Positions 1-13,051 of a stretch of DNA of 64,000 nucleotides are shown here, piece by piece. Source of the DNA: Lingula anatina (lineage: Eukaryota; Animalia; Brachiopoda); NCBI GenBank assembly GCA_051362555.1, contig CM120642.1:10850001-10914000 (forward strand), written 5' to 3'. The position numbers were made by a program, and so were the translations under genes. The first letter of the stretch is position 1. The number at the start of each line of letters is the position of its first letter. The notes under the pieces are model-generated. The model worked only from the letters and a program-made list of their open reading frames with translations. It was not told where the DNA came from and made no database searches.

Positions 1-3000
1 GATTAATTACTTGCAGTTAAGCAACTCAGCTAACGGTCGTTTGGTTCATTCGCGAGATCAACGGACTACCTGGCTATTATTTCACAGCATAAATGGAAAT
101 ATATAAATTGCAGAGTAACCTTGTGTCGCAAGGATACTACTTATAGTTATTTATTCCCTTCATGCTCCCTCTTCCTCTCCCCCCCCCCCCCTCCCCGGGT
201 ACTTGTAATTGATACTCCGTATCTTGATTAATGTGGAAGAATTGAAAGATGAAAAGAGCGCCCAGACGTGCTTTTGACAGGTCAGGTCACGAAGTAACGG
301 ATACGGCATCTCAGGCCATAAAATGTGGCTTCACAGGACAGTGAACAAACTCGAGAAATTTCCCTCTCCGACAAAATTCCGAGCATATATGGTAACCCTG
401 CTTCCTATATGTCTTTACAACAATTCAGTATCATTATACTGAATTCTATTACTGTTCTATTAATAATGTTGTATTTAACCATTTAATAAAATTTAATATT
501 TGAAGAAAATTTTATTGCAGGATTTTACAATATCACTACTTTGCACCATTGCTATTATATGGCGCAGAGTACAGGTTCCAAACAGGTATACCTGCAAACA
601 GTAAAATTGTTTGATATTAATAAAAATATAAACAATAATGTTGATCATAATAAGTAAACCACTCAGCAGTCTAACTGGCTACGGTTAATTGCCAAGATGT
701 GTTTAGTTTATAACACTCTCCCCTAGTTCGGGACATTTACAGAATGTCTTGACCTCTCTCTCCCTCGTCATAAATCAAAGTTTCTGACATTTATCATTAG
801 TATTTAAATTCAGGATATTTACAGAAATGTGTGAACATGATATTAATTCGAGAAAGGGTATTTTATAGTATTTTGTAAATGTTACAAAGGAAATTACCAA
901 AAATATATAGCTTTCCATATTGAGAAGACATGTTCCTCTACTCCCCCTCTCCAGATTTCCTGGCCCGAGGAGCAATATGTTTGTCCTAAGCTCTAAAGCT
1001 CTGATCGCGTTTGATAGAAACCAGATGTGGAGATAGTGAGAGTTTATTGCCCGAGCCAGACTACCGACTTTCCAATCTTACAGGTTGAAATAAGTGTGGG
1101 CAGGGGGGCTATATATCTTCTTAACCAACCAAGCTAGATAGTCACGAAACACGATAAAGTATATCAGTAAAAAGGCTCAACTTGACTTTTTTTCATTTCA
1201 GATCGTTATTTCATAACATAATAGTTGTTATGCCCTTATGCCCCCCCTCCCACCCTGAACTCTTGTAATAAATATTCATTTTTTTTCATATGAAAGATGA
1301 GAGCGTAAATTAACTTATCCAACCGCTCACGTTTTCCATTACGTTTTTATTAATGTTTCATATTACTTTTAATAACTGCTGACTGCTTTCCCTGTTAGAG
1401 GGTACAATGAAATAAACCAGTGAAAGTAATGGAACGTGTCATATATTTATTCCGATATTAATCTAAATTTTCCTGGCTCACATTTTCACTTTTTGTTGAA
1501 AGTTTTCTCACATCGAACTTAATTAATTGGGTTGGAGTGTCTACATCTGTAGCGGTGTTTTAAAGGGTCATAAAGTGACCAATTTTTGACATAGCGTTAT
1601 GCGGGACTTAGGTAACTTTTATATAAACGGAAAATAATATACTGTAGACTGATTCACAACTCTGCCTCCGGTCGACTGCAAGCCCCTTACGGACCAACCA
1701 AAATTAAATGCCCGTGTCTGGTGCGGGTGCTCTGTTTTCGTGGTTCTCTTACATAATTGTGCGGTGCTTCGTTAATCTGGCAACAAATCTCGCTACAGAT
1801 GAGATGCAAATAAAACGGTATAATGATCGACGCGAAAATGCCTTTAGTCTGTTTTGATGCTTTCCATGTACGCACATCTACTATACTGTATATGATTCAA
1901 AATTATCAACATCGGATTACTTTAAATAACCATCCAAAGATCATGTACATTACGGCGCGTACACACAATTCGTTTGATTTGTGGTTTTTAATGAACTTAA
2001 ATATAGATGCTGCGATAAGGGCCACTCATCTGAATAAGATATATATATATAGGATGAAAAAGAAATTGAGACGACCCTGGAGTCGAGACAAAATGTATGT
2101 TAAAGAATCCCGATTCTGTAATAACAGTTAGGTTTGTCTCTAATAAATTAATTTGAATTGTGCTCTATAACAAGAGAGGCAGTCAATGTGAGGGTCGGTG
2201 GCACTTTTAATGGTGGGGATCGAGTATTTAAATTCACAGATTTCGGGCATGAAAGAAAATTTTGTGGTTTTCCAGAGGTCAGTTTGTAAGATCAAAATTC
2301 AGGCCAGGGCGCTGTTCTGAATTTTACATGTAAATTGACACGGGGATGTTAGCCTTTAATTTTGCCCACGGGAGTACAGCGTTGTTTAACAGTAAATTGC
2401 ATTGGTATGCATGCTTATACTACGTAGATCTGTCCTCTACCATTAGTCGATCAAATTGCCACAATGTCTTTGGTCAGATCACTGGGTTTTCATGATATTC
2501 CCTTCACTGTACTCTCCTAAAGCAATACAATTGGGATGCTAAGTTGTCATCCTGTAGCAAAACATCACTTGAACATTATTCGAATGATATGGGATATGTA
2601 GCTTGTGAAGGCCTAGGTATAAATACCAACAAGGTTTGCAGCACATCTCTAAACCAGCCCCGTCAATCAAACACACATTATGGTCAGTTGCGTCCTAGTT
2701 TAAATGCAGTCAAACAAGCAATTGTGCTTTAATTACGAATATATTGCGCGTTTATTAATAAACTTTGTTTATTTTAGATCCGCTGATTCGAAAATAATAT
2801 AATCCATTTCTACTACTTGCACAAAACGCCTACATTTTGGCAGTTTTATAGTGACCATACCTAAACCCTTAATCCTGAAAATTGAAAAAAAAATTCTGAA
2901 AACAAAATGCGTAAAAGAATAAAGTAGCTAGACTATCCTTGATAGGGAGCTTTTTACATAAATTGCAGTATTAATAGATTTATAAAACGTATGCAGTAAA

Positions 3001-3585
3001 AATGCATTATACTGTGCCTATATAAGCTCTGAATCACTATAATTCTTGACAGTCCAGTGGACATTTAGGAAATTCACGGGAATAAACGCGTCCATATGAA
3101 AATAAGAGCTTATACTAACTTGAAACGGAATAAAGAACGAGTGAGTGAGTGAGTACACCCCCATTCCACACACACACACATGCACACAATCACCCACGAA
3201 TGTAACTGTCTTGAAAACAAGAAGCAGAGAACGCCATAAACATTTTAGTAGTATTAGGCATCCTAAAGGTAGTCACGCAGCAAAACTTTTGTGTTCTTTA
3301 AAAAATCTGAGAATATATTATAGCAAATATAATACAATTAAAATAATTGAAATGCATTTCTTTCCAACATTCAGTTTACGTACGTTTTTTTGGTAGCCTC
3401 TCAAAGTTTTAAACCTCAAATATTAGAGACCATAATAGAGTCAGCCAAGGACACGTTTGGGGAACACGTTAGAACACGTCATGATGGACATTAACAGGTG
3501 TAGGACCAGAACAGAGCCTCTGGTAAACAGTTTAGAACCTAGGGACCGAACTTGATTTGAGGACCAGAAGAGAGGCTTTACATAC

Positions 3586-4019
3586 GTCTTCTATGCTGGT
3601 TCCGTCTGTGAATGTCACACCACTTGAAGTGAACTTTGAAATGGAGGGCTTTGCCTTAAATTGGACAAATAAAACGTTGAACGTAAAAAACGTTGCAGAT
3701 TTTTAGAAGAAAAATTTTAAGGGAATTGGGGAATCTCACTTCTTACGGATACAAGTACATGAAAATGCTACTCAGCCTGTCGTATGTGTTACTCACTTGG
3801 ACCTGGCCATATAGCAGCTTGTTTTGAAGCTCATCTGTTATGCACAGCGATTGACTGAGAAACCTTTTGTGAGGTTTGAGGTCAAATTTCTGATAGTTGA
3901 ACCGTTCTTTCAGGACATTTCCCCACGCACGAGTCCTCAATCTGATAAAAAGATTAGAATCGTCAGATTTAAATAGAATCGTCAGGTTCAACAAATTCCG
4001 CAATTTTCTTTCTTTCTTT

Positions 4020-4060
<41 letters not shown>

Positions 4061-6607
4061 AGACAAATAAGTCTGTCAGTGTCTTATTCACAAATCTGCT
4101 ATCAGTTTTTCACACCTATAAGAGTAGGTGGTAGTATAAATATACCTATATCCATATAAGATATAAAATAAAGATATCTTACGCCCACGGAAGCCAGTTA
4201 ATGAGTGGTCTAGAGAAAAGCGTCATGTCCCATGGCTCTTGTCCGTCTGGAAGTCGTGGCATTATCCAAAATCCACGTCTGGTGCTTATATATGTCTGGA
4301 AATATTAGATATAATGTGTTATCTGAATGTGGAGTTTAATGAATTTTAACTAATAATTTGATGGATAATTAACTATCTATAAGTTATTCTTTGTCGAATT
4401 CATCATTTACGGCATAAGAAAAAGCATGAATAAGTAGAAATTAGACATTGAAACTTAGCAGCGCAATAGTAGGCGGAGACTGTTGACGTGAATAAATATT
4501 TATGTGTTTTAAACTTCATCAACTTAAACCTATTTAAACACCGCTGAACTTCACTTATAACTTTATTTTTTATATAGTTAATACGCACATTTTTAGCCAC
4601 GCGACTTAGATCGACGGCAATGTCTGCTGCAGAAAAAGAAGAGCCTGCAATGAAATCAATGGGACATGACTGCACTGATACAATTGCCTGAACAAAATCG
4701 TACAAAATCGATAAAAAAAGATGAAGAAAACAAACTGTTAACACTGTCAAGGCAGAATAAAAAAACGTGAAATCATTCGAGAATCATTTCAAAACAAAAA
4801 ACAAATATTCCCTGAACTTGACAGAAAAAGGATGTGCTTTGCGGAGCAGAGAAAAAAAATTGCTTACCGACTACTAAAACGTTCTTATCTTTGTATGGGT
4901 CGCAGTGGAAGTAGTTTCCCCCGTGTGTAACTTCCCCTTGGAACATCTCCAATCCAGGATAATGGGGCCAATTCTGCTCATTAAAGATGCCATTGCACAC
5001 CATTACGCAATCAAATATCTCAGTCTTTTGGTGGCTTATTTCTGGAAAAATATAATGGGCATCTATCTCAAAATACGCAGCTTAGTTGCTAGACTCTGTT
5101 GCCTGTGACTTTTTGATAGACCAGAATTGTTTTAACTGATCCATATCTATTTTAATTTTCAATTACACTGAGTCGGGAGGATATAAGTACATGAAGAAAT
5201 CTGCGTCTATACATTATTTTCAAGTCAACTGAACTATCAATAAAAATTCACGACGACATTGTCTTGTTCACCTTTTGCATATGTAGGCCTATATGTAACC
5301 TTCCATTGTCCGCTTTGAGAAAAATCGTCTGCTTTGCTGACGTCATCTACCCGTATCCCGTATTGGACATATTTTTTCAAATCAAAATGTTCCGCATAGT
5401 CTTGAATATAGCTGTTAATTTTGCGGGCAGGAATGAATGTGGGGAAATCCTGGAAAAAAGTACCGAAATTGGGAGTTCTCATTAATATGCATTAGTGTAA
5501 TATTACTTGTTATTCTTTGAAATTCTGATCACCAAAAATGGATGTTATACAGTATGTCGTTTTATGTGAACGATTTACATTATATTCATTTCAAATGTGA
5601 AACCAGGGAAATCTTTGTTACATTTTTCCCCTATAAATAACAGAATCATAGGAGGGGAGAGTTGATAAAGAAAGAAAAACAACCTTTCGCATTGGAAAGT
5701 CGCTGAATTCAGTCATCTTTTTACTTGTGTTTGTGACGACTGCAGAGAACATTCTGCAAAGAGAATCATTTGTGGCAGTTTCCATGTTTTCTGAAAAATG
5801 CCACTGTCCGCCTGGAAATATACGACACTAATGTAAGATGGTGCCCTGTAATTTTAGATCAGTTATGGATCCACATTTCACTATAATGTTTTCCCTTTTA
5901 TTTGTGCCATTTTTTTTATTAGATTAAAGGTAATTGAAATATATCCACTTATTTTGGAACTCTATATAAAAATGTGTTAAAATTGCTATATTACAGTAGT
6001 GATTTAAAAAAAAAACATTTGCTTTTCCATAGTATCATCTTGCAATAACATTATGTTCTGATCGTTACGATCAATTTCACAACCATTTTCCACGACGTTG
6101 TCAAATGAATATACAGTAGAATTTAGGTCGATACAAGCAACTTGCTTTGAAAATGTCAAGGAGAATGAAAGCGTGCAAACATTTGATTTTTGATGAAATG
6201 TCTATGGCAGTTAAAGTATCTCAAAGGATCTATTTAAAAAAACAACCGAAAATAATCAAATTTGAAATTAATTTGAATGTAAAACTTTTGTTCGCTACTC
6301 TTTAATTCCGTTTCCTTAATGTTTTTGTTAGAATAAAAAATGCTCGGAAATATAAAGAGTTTAAAAAGTATCTTCTTGACTTACCGACGTGGTCATGTTG
6401 CTCGAAGCACACAGGGCGTAAACCTTCTTCCAGGCAAGCCTTGATGGAACTCAGCCCGGAGACACCTCCGCCAATAATACACACGCGTTTATGTTGACCT
6501 GTGGGCAAGGAAATACCTTCTTCCAGGCAAGCCTTGATGGAAGTCAGCCTGGAGACACTCCCGCCAATAAAACACACGCGTTTTAGTTGACCTGTGACCT
6601 GCGACAT
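3586..6607 (-). CDS. Flavin-containing monooxygenase (FMO family), 8 exons identified; C-terminal part not found in window
   Basis: Spliced reading with GT-AG and consistent phases: exons ~6607-6385, 5811-5684, 5449-5272, 5041-4868, ~4643-4588, ~4295-4182, ~3942-3798, ~3654-3586. Motifs: FAD site [32 protein letters not shown] fingerprint [11 protein letters not shown] (FxGxxxHxxxY), NADPH site [28 protein letters not shown]. Confidence 0.9.
6423..6596 (-). repeat. 93-bp-period in-frame tandem duplication in FMO exon 1
   Basis: ccttcttccaggcaagccttgatggaa...gttgacctgtg starts at both 6423 and 6516; gives [27 protein letters not shown] then [27 protein letters not shown]. Confidence 0.95.
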
Positions 6608-9582
6608 ACTGTCGATTTTCTACTCAAGATGAAGCAATCCTAGAGTTTTACCGTAAAAATAGTTGTTGCAATATTTTAGTCTGAACGACTGTAGTTCGCT
6701 CTTGCAAATAAAAGCGGAACGGAAAGCCTGTTTCTTTAAAGTTGTATGAGGCTACATTTTGCAATTACAAATGTGTCATCCGTACATGTACACGTACATG
6801 GAATTTAATTAGGTCTGTATCACATCTATTCATAGGTCAGTGACAAAACTAATAGGTGGTTTGACTTGATTCCAAAAATTTACAATTCACGGGATATGTT
6901 AATCTTAGCCGACAGTATATATCTTAAGATCTGATCTTTGTTAAAATGTTTTTCAAAACGCCGTAATAATTTGCTCTTCTTCCGAGAGGAGTAATCACTA
7001 ATACATTAAATCATCTTTCTGTATAGTTCCGCCAGCTGACAAAAACCGTTTCGAGACTTCGAGTTTTTCAAATGCATGCCCCAAATTTTTTTTATTTTTG
7101 GAACATTAAAGGGATGGGCAGTTTTAATGTTGATAGAGGTAAAAAAAACAGTTTTTAAATATCTTTCAGTTTGAACTCGAGGCTCTTTTAAGCAGTGAAC
7201 AGCATATCATGAAAAAATTAGCCTTTGATATACAGCATATACGTATGAAAAAAGAAATCGGTTTTAGAATATACTAAAACCCCGTATACCCGGAAACAGT
7301 AGCCTGACTTTATACTCCCTAAAAAAAGTCCACTTGATAATTCAAAATGGTGTGCCGTAATAAGCACTACTTGAGAACGTCAACAACATGACTCAGTCGT
7401 TTTCTTTCTCATTGAAAACTTTCATATACACAATCTAATTTGCACTGACGAAAACAAATGTATTTGCTGATCTAGTTTTTGGTGACAGGTACATGTAGTA
7501 GACCCATAAACGACCTGAAAAATCCATTACACTTTCCATCAACCACAAAGTTCTACAAATTGATGATTCTTACAAATAAACACAAAAATGCATAATAAAT
7601 GAAGTACTAAAAATCAAGCAGTAAACGTGGGATGAATAAAAGGATATATGTATAAAATAAATAGATACATATACGTCCAACAATAATTACCCATCTCCAA
7701 ACAATTGTTATTATTAGACAGTTTTATACGCTAAAAGGAACAAATAATTGACCCTGTAAAATTTATTTGAAGTTGTATTTCAATTTCTGAACAAAGCACC
7801 ATTTCAATGATTCTCTTAAAAACTCGAGTCATTTGCAGAACATGCTTATGGATAAAGATAAAGTACACACACTTTTAAGTGCAGTTTTTAAATTAAAACG
7901 GCTGCATGACTGTGCACATTTTTTGTTCTCATTATGCATAATGTCAGTCAAATGGTTCTATAAAAAAAAACCCAAACCAGTACCATTTCCAATGTTAGAA
8001 AGCTCTCGCTCTTTTGGCAGGCCAGGTGGGGGTGGGGGAGGGGCGGTCACGGATACGGGAAGGGTAGAAGTCTAAGAGTTTGACAGCCTGGTTGACCCGT
8101 TTGAGTCACCTAAACAGAGCCCAGCGCTCGACACGGTCATTTAACCGACTTCCGCTTAAACAGCATTCTTGGGTTGAGACTAAGATCCATCTTGGATCCT
8201 AAGTTGAGATAAAGACTTAGATACGGTTCTTGAGCCTGACGTTATGATTGATAATTATTTAAATACAAAACAGTGCCACTGAGATATGTGCAAGGAACAC
8301 CATCGAGACGGACATCAGTGTAATTAGCATGTCATCTTGCTAATCAGAGAGAGAGAGAGAGAGAGAGGTTGTGGGACAGTTGGCGATGGAAATGACACTG
8401 CAAGAGTAATATAATGTAAGATTGTACTAAAGCCCAACTGCTTTATGTCGTCTGATATTCCCTATCACTGCATTTTTGTTACGGCGACTATTTACACTAG
8501 AGCCCAATGGTCATCATTGCAAAGAAGTCCAACAAAGATTCAACCGTTTTCTTCGAAATTTCCGTTAAGATTGATTACAGTGATAAAAGGTGATGGGGAA
8601 TATTATTAGACAGATGTAATTTTGGAAGGCACGACCAGACCCACATGGGTAATTAAAAATCTGACACCGGAACTGTGTCCTGTCACGGTAACTGATGCTG
8701 TCACGGTCTTAAAGCGCCGTCGTGCTCAAACGTCGTAAGATAAATTTTGCAGGTATCACAGATTAAGGTAGTCTCAGGGGATTTCCGCTGCATTTCTTCA
8801 CCTTAAGATAAGGTGACCATCAATCTGTTAAACATAATATCGATTTCTTAAATTTTAATAACAGTAATTTTTGCCACGGTCATCAATGCACAGTCGTACA
8901 TCATACTGTTTTTTTTTAGATAAAACTTCACTTTTTGTTTTTAAATAAAAAATAATAAAATAAAACAAGCACAATTCAGGATTTTGATCCAAAATAATTA
9001 ATTTCCTTTCTAATTACAGCAATGACAATTTCATAGGACTCCAACACGACGGACTTATCATGAAACATCGAGTCACGCCACACTGTCGCGGTCATTCTGC
9101 AGGGAAAAGCACGACCTATAAAGAGGTTGAAAATAATGACCAAATCTTTTATTTCATGGCTGCAGCTACGGTTCACATGATCTTTCATTTTCAGCGTTTA
9201 AAATCATTGTTAAATCAATGCAGGTAAAATTATCGGACAATTTCCCCTGCCAATTGATAATTATCTGGACTTTATATCTCATTCCAATAGTAAATACTGT
9301 ATACCCTAGCATATGACCGTCTGGGACCACGCGCCAGTAGTAATTAGCAACATGTATCCAAACAGATCCAAACAGATTCATAAAACTAAACAAGTCATTG
9401 CACCATTTATTCATATTCTGTCATTGTGAGTAGATTCATGATTTAAGTCCCCAGTTTTTCTCTGTGATTTATCGGTAATAAGTCGATGACAATCATATTC
9501 TTTAACGTCTTTTTGAGTTTTATGTATGTTTATACCAAGTCAAAGGTATTTTTCCTTCTCAAATCTGATATAAAAGTTCCTG

Positions 9583-12500
9583 TTAGTCTTGTATTTTTAA
9601 TATACTCCTCTTTTCCAAATCTTCCATTTCTTTGAGTACGTAAGCTACGTTATAGCGTAGCTCGTGGAATTTGGAGACGGGTACCTGAAATGAGTTAAAA
9701 ATTGTGATATTTACTTCATTGTAACTCATATTTGTTCATTTTTTGTTGAAAAAATAATCATATTTTGATGAAAAAAACTCTGAAATGTTCTTGTTTATGA
9801 TTCATATACATTTTACATGTAATAAGTATTTCCAAAGAGAAAAATGTTCTTATTTTTGCATTTTAAAAACTTCTCTTCATTTACCTCAAATGTCTGTATT
9901 TTTCCATCACTTAGAGTCATCTCCATAGTAATAGTTGGTTCTAAGGCTCTATTCAGCACACTAAAACATGTAAATACATACCAAATATATAAAATGTTTT
10001 TAAGAAATGTCAGAGGCTGATAAGGATTTACGTATGTTTATACCAAGTCCATATAATATTGAAACATATAATATTAATAATTTTTTTACCAAATGTTCTT
10101 ACATCTAGAAAGAATTAAAAATTACACCTTTGTTAGATTATAGGTCAATCAACACCCAGTAGGTAATAACATACTTCAGCCTAAACACTAAGAAATAGTT
10201 CTCTAAAACAGTGAACCTTCAAACAGAGAGTAAGGCTGTCATTTAATTAAATGCCTGTTTAAAATCACATGAAGCAGTATAAATTCCAAAATTATAATCC
10301 AATTGGGCTAATTTCACACTGAACAGATGGCCCCTGCCACATGAAAAGCAAATACAACTGAAATTTTGGTGGAAAATATTCATTTTGTAGATATTTCTGA
10401 GACAAGGTACTTAAAGTAATTTTAAAAACAGGGAAAAAAAACTTCATGTTTGATTACTTTGACCCACTTTCATATTTGATCTCCATTTAACTCCAGGGCC
10501 CAGTTTCATAAAGGACGTTTAGCACTAACCAGTGTTCAACTGTAATCAGTGGATAAATTCTCGTAACACCCATTAACTAAACGACGGATGAAATTGTGTT
10601 TCATAAACAGTGTTTAAACAGTTGGTTAGTTAACTGACCTTTAAATATTTTATCCAGTTAAACACTGGCCAGTTAACTAATTGGCTGTTTAAACACTGTT
10701 TATGAAACACAATTTAACCATCTTTTAGTTAATGGGTGTAAGGAGAATTTATCCACTGGTTAGTGCTAAACGTCCTTAATAAATTTGGGCCCAGAATGTT
10801 ATTAGAAACCAAACTGGAAACTTTGGATTCAATTTTCTGAGAGAACAAAAAACAAGTCTATCTCCAGTTTCATTTCAAGCTTTGGCATCTGCTGCATCAA
10901 AACAGACAATGCCCAAGTGATCAATAAATGTGCAGTAACCACAAGGACTGCACATAAAATGATGTTTACCTTGTTGAAATTGCTACATCAACTCTCCATT
11001 TAAAGTTTTCCAACTTTGGTAATCTTGATCTTGATTCCATGATTACTTGTTCCAACCTTGGTCTCCTACATGAATAAAAAAAGGATAAGGGCTGTGTGTG
11101 TGCATGTGTGTGTTCACAATATGTTATATTTAATCATTCAACTGACATATAAACATCCAGTTAGGTAAAACTTTTAACTATTCTGACATCACAACATAAG
11201 CATTATATAAAGACTCATTATAAGATATTATAACAAAATAAACATCTATACCTTATGTAATTGAAACTATACGTGATCTTACCTTGAACCAAATACTACA
11301 CTTGCAAGGTCAGGAATGAATTCTGCTGGAATGCTATAAAGAATTTTCATTAAAACAAAAGTGTAACTGGTTCTCAACTAAGATGAAAAACCCCTTTAAG
11401 AGAGTCAGCCAAAATAAACTTAAAATATAAAAATTTATAACTAGGAAAAATTACTCTGTACAGCCGACATGACATATTAACCTTATCCATTTCATACAAT
11501 ACTTCTCTGGTATCAACAATACATCAAAGATAAATATTTGTAAAGTTGATCAGAGGCACTTTGACCAGAATTCATTCATTCACTGGTTTTATTTAAAAAA
11601 TTTTCAGACTTACTTCAGTTCTTGTAAGTCTTCTTTAAAAATCTGAAAAAGTCAACAATACAGTTATTTTTCAAATTTGTTGCCACATTCATACAGTTTT
11701 GAGCAACTAGATCCAATAGCTACCTTTGTAAATGCCAAAGATCCCACATAACTTCAGGGACAGTTTCAATAAATGACATAAGGTCCAAAGCTGATGATTT
11801 TAACATCAATCCAATGTTTGTGGTTCTTGGGCCTATTTTGTAAAAATGGCTACTGTTTAAAACATACAGCTGCTTTATTCTAGTGTATAAGTATAGGTTT
11901 ATCCAAGGTCAAGTTTAATGCCCACATAAGATAAGCATTTATTCTGCAGAACAGATCCATGACTGGTTCATCAGTAGTGAAAAAAACAATAACAATTTTT
12001 AAAAAAATGCACTTGAAAGTGGACATAAATCATCATTAAGGTCATACTTACCTCCTGTTTTAAGGAAGACTGTGGTAATCTCAGAGCTGCTTTTAGTAGA
12101 CTATACAACCCACTATATGTGACAGCAAGCATCTCCTCCGATAAACTTTTACTTTGTAACACTTTGAACATCTCTGGTGTAACTGGCTTGTCTTCTAATG
12201 CAGTTATTGCAACTGTAAATCAAACAAAACAGAAGTGAGGTTGTTTTAGTAAAAGTTACACCATTGCACATAATTTTCTTACCAATGTTTCAAGGAAGTT
12301 TTTTTTTTTACACTAAGAGTTAAAAATTCTTGAGACAGCTTTAGCTTATGAAACATGCTGCTGGTACAGTACATGAAGCTCTTCATATGTGATTAACAGA
12401 CTTGCATTCACAAATTGCGTATACAGGTGGTCAACCTTTGCAGTTTGTGGTTTTACCTGCGAAGTTTTTTTTTAAATAAGCGCTATAGATTCACAAGTTT

Positions 12501-12893
12501 GACTGCATGTATAGCATACAAGACACATACAAAAAACAGTGGAAATTATACCAGTGCCAATTCTTAAAATTCAACATTGTACTCGACTTGAAGTAAATAA
12601 TTACTATATTGTAAACAGACTTTAAAATAAATTTTAAACCTGTAGGGAAATATAAAATCCACTGAATAACTGTTATTACAATCCCTTTAGATAAAGTTTG
12701 TCTTCGAAGATAACTAAACAGAGTTAAATCAATTTAGCCACTCACTTTGCAGCAGCTTCCTGAACGTTTGTTTATCCATTTTCTTCACCAACTTCACCAT
12801 GTCAGCAATGTCTTGCGGCGTCCTCCCGCCGACAAAAGATGTTCTGTCGGAGGCAATACCTCCACCACTGCCTGTGACCTGAATGATAGACAT
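9583..12893 (-). CDS. COMMD5: COMM domain-containing protein 5 (HCaRG homolog), 7 coding exons
   Basis: Exons ~12893-12746, ~12212-12052, 11642-11614, 11333-11283, ~11065-10970, ~9960-9885, ~9684-9583. Peptides SFVGGRTPQDIADM..MDKQTFRKLL, LLKAALRLPQSSLK, IPAEFIPDLASVVFGS, FKWRVDVAISTSVLNRALEP, FEVPVSKFHELRYNVAYVLKEMEDLEKR match COMMD5 as recalled. Confidence 0.93.
10497..10791. mobile_element. Palindromic MITE, PIF/Harbinger-like, with 3-bp CAG target-site duplication
   Basis: Begins ggcccagtttcataaaggacgtttagcactaaccagtg and ends cactggttagtgctaaacgtccttaataaatttgggcc. Internal arms also pair (tttcataaacagtgtttaaacag / ctgtttaaacactgtttatgaaa). CAG flanks both ends (10494-10496, 10792-10794). 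Lies in a COMMD5 intron. Confidence 0.85.
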
Positions 12894-13051
12894 TTTGAAT
12901 ACTTTTGGTAAAGATTTAGCGTACTTCACCCTGCTGTTATCATCAAACCCAAATGCCCTTCACCTCCCTCTTCATAGCCTCGCAGTTTGACCTACTTGTT
13001 TATTTCAGCCAATCAAATAATCGAAATTACAAAACTGCAGAGATTTCCAAC
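12894..13051. promoter_or_regulatory. Compact bidirectional promoter COMMD5/VMA21 with CCAAT box
   Basis: Only 158 bp between the divergent ATGs (12893 and 13052); cagccaatca NF-Y-type box at ~13006-13015. Confidence 0.7.

Noticed and set aside
500-600. Candidate next FMO exon after tttgcag
   Set aside because: Translation (VYLFGTCTLRH...) lacks the expected ATGY motif and soon stops.
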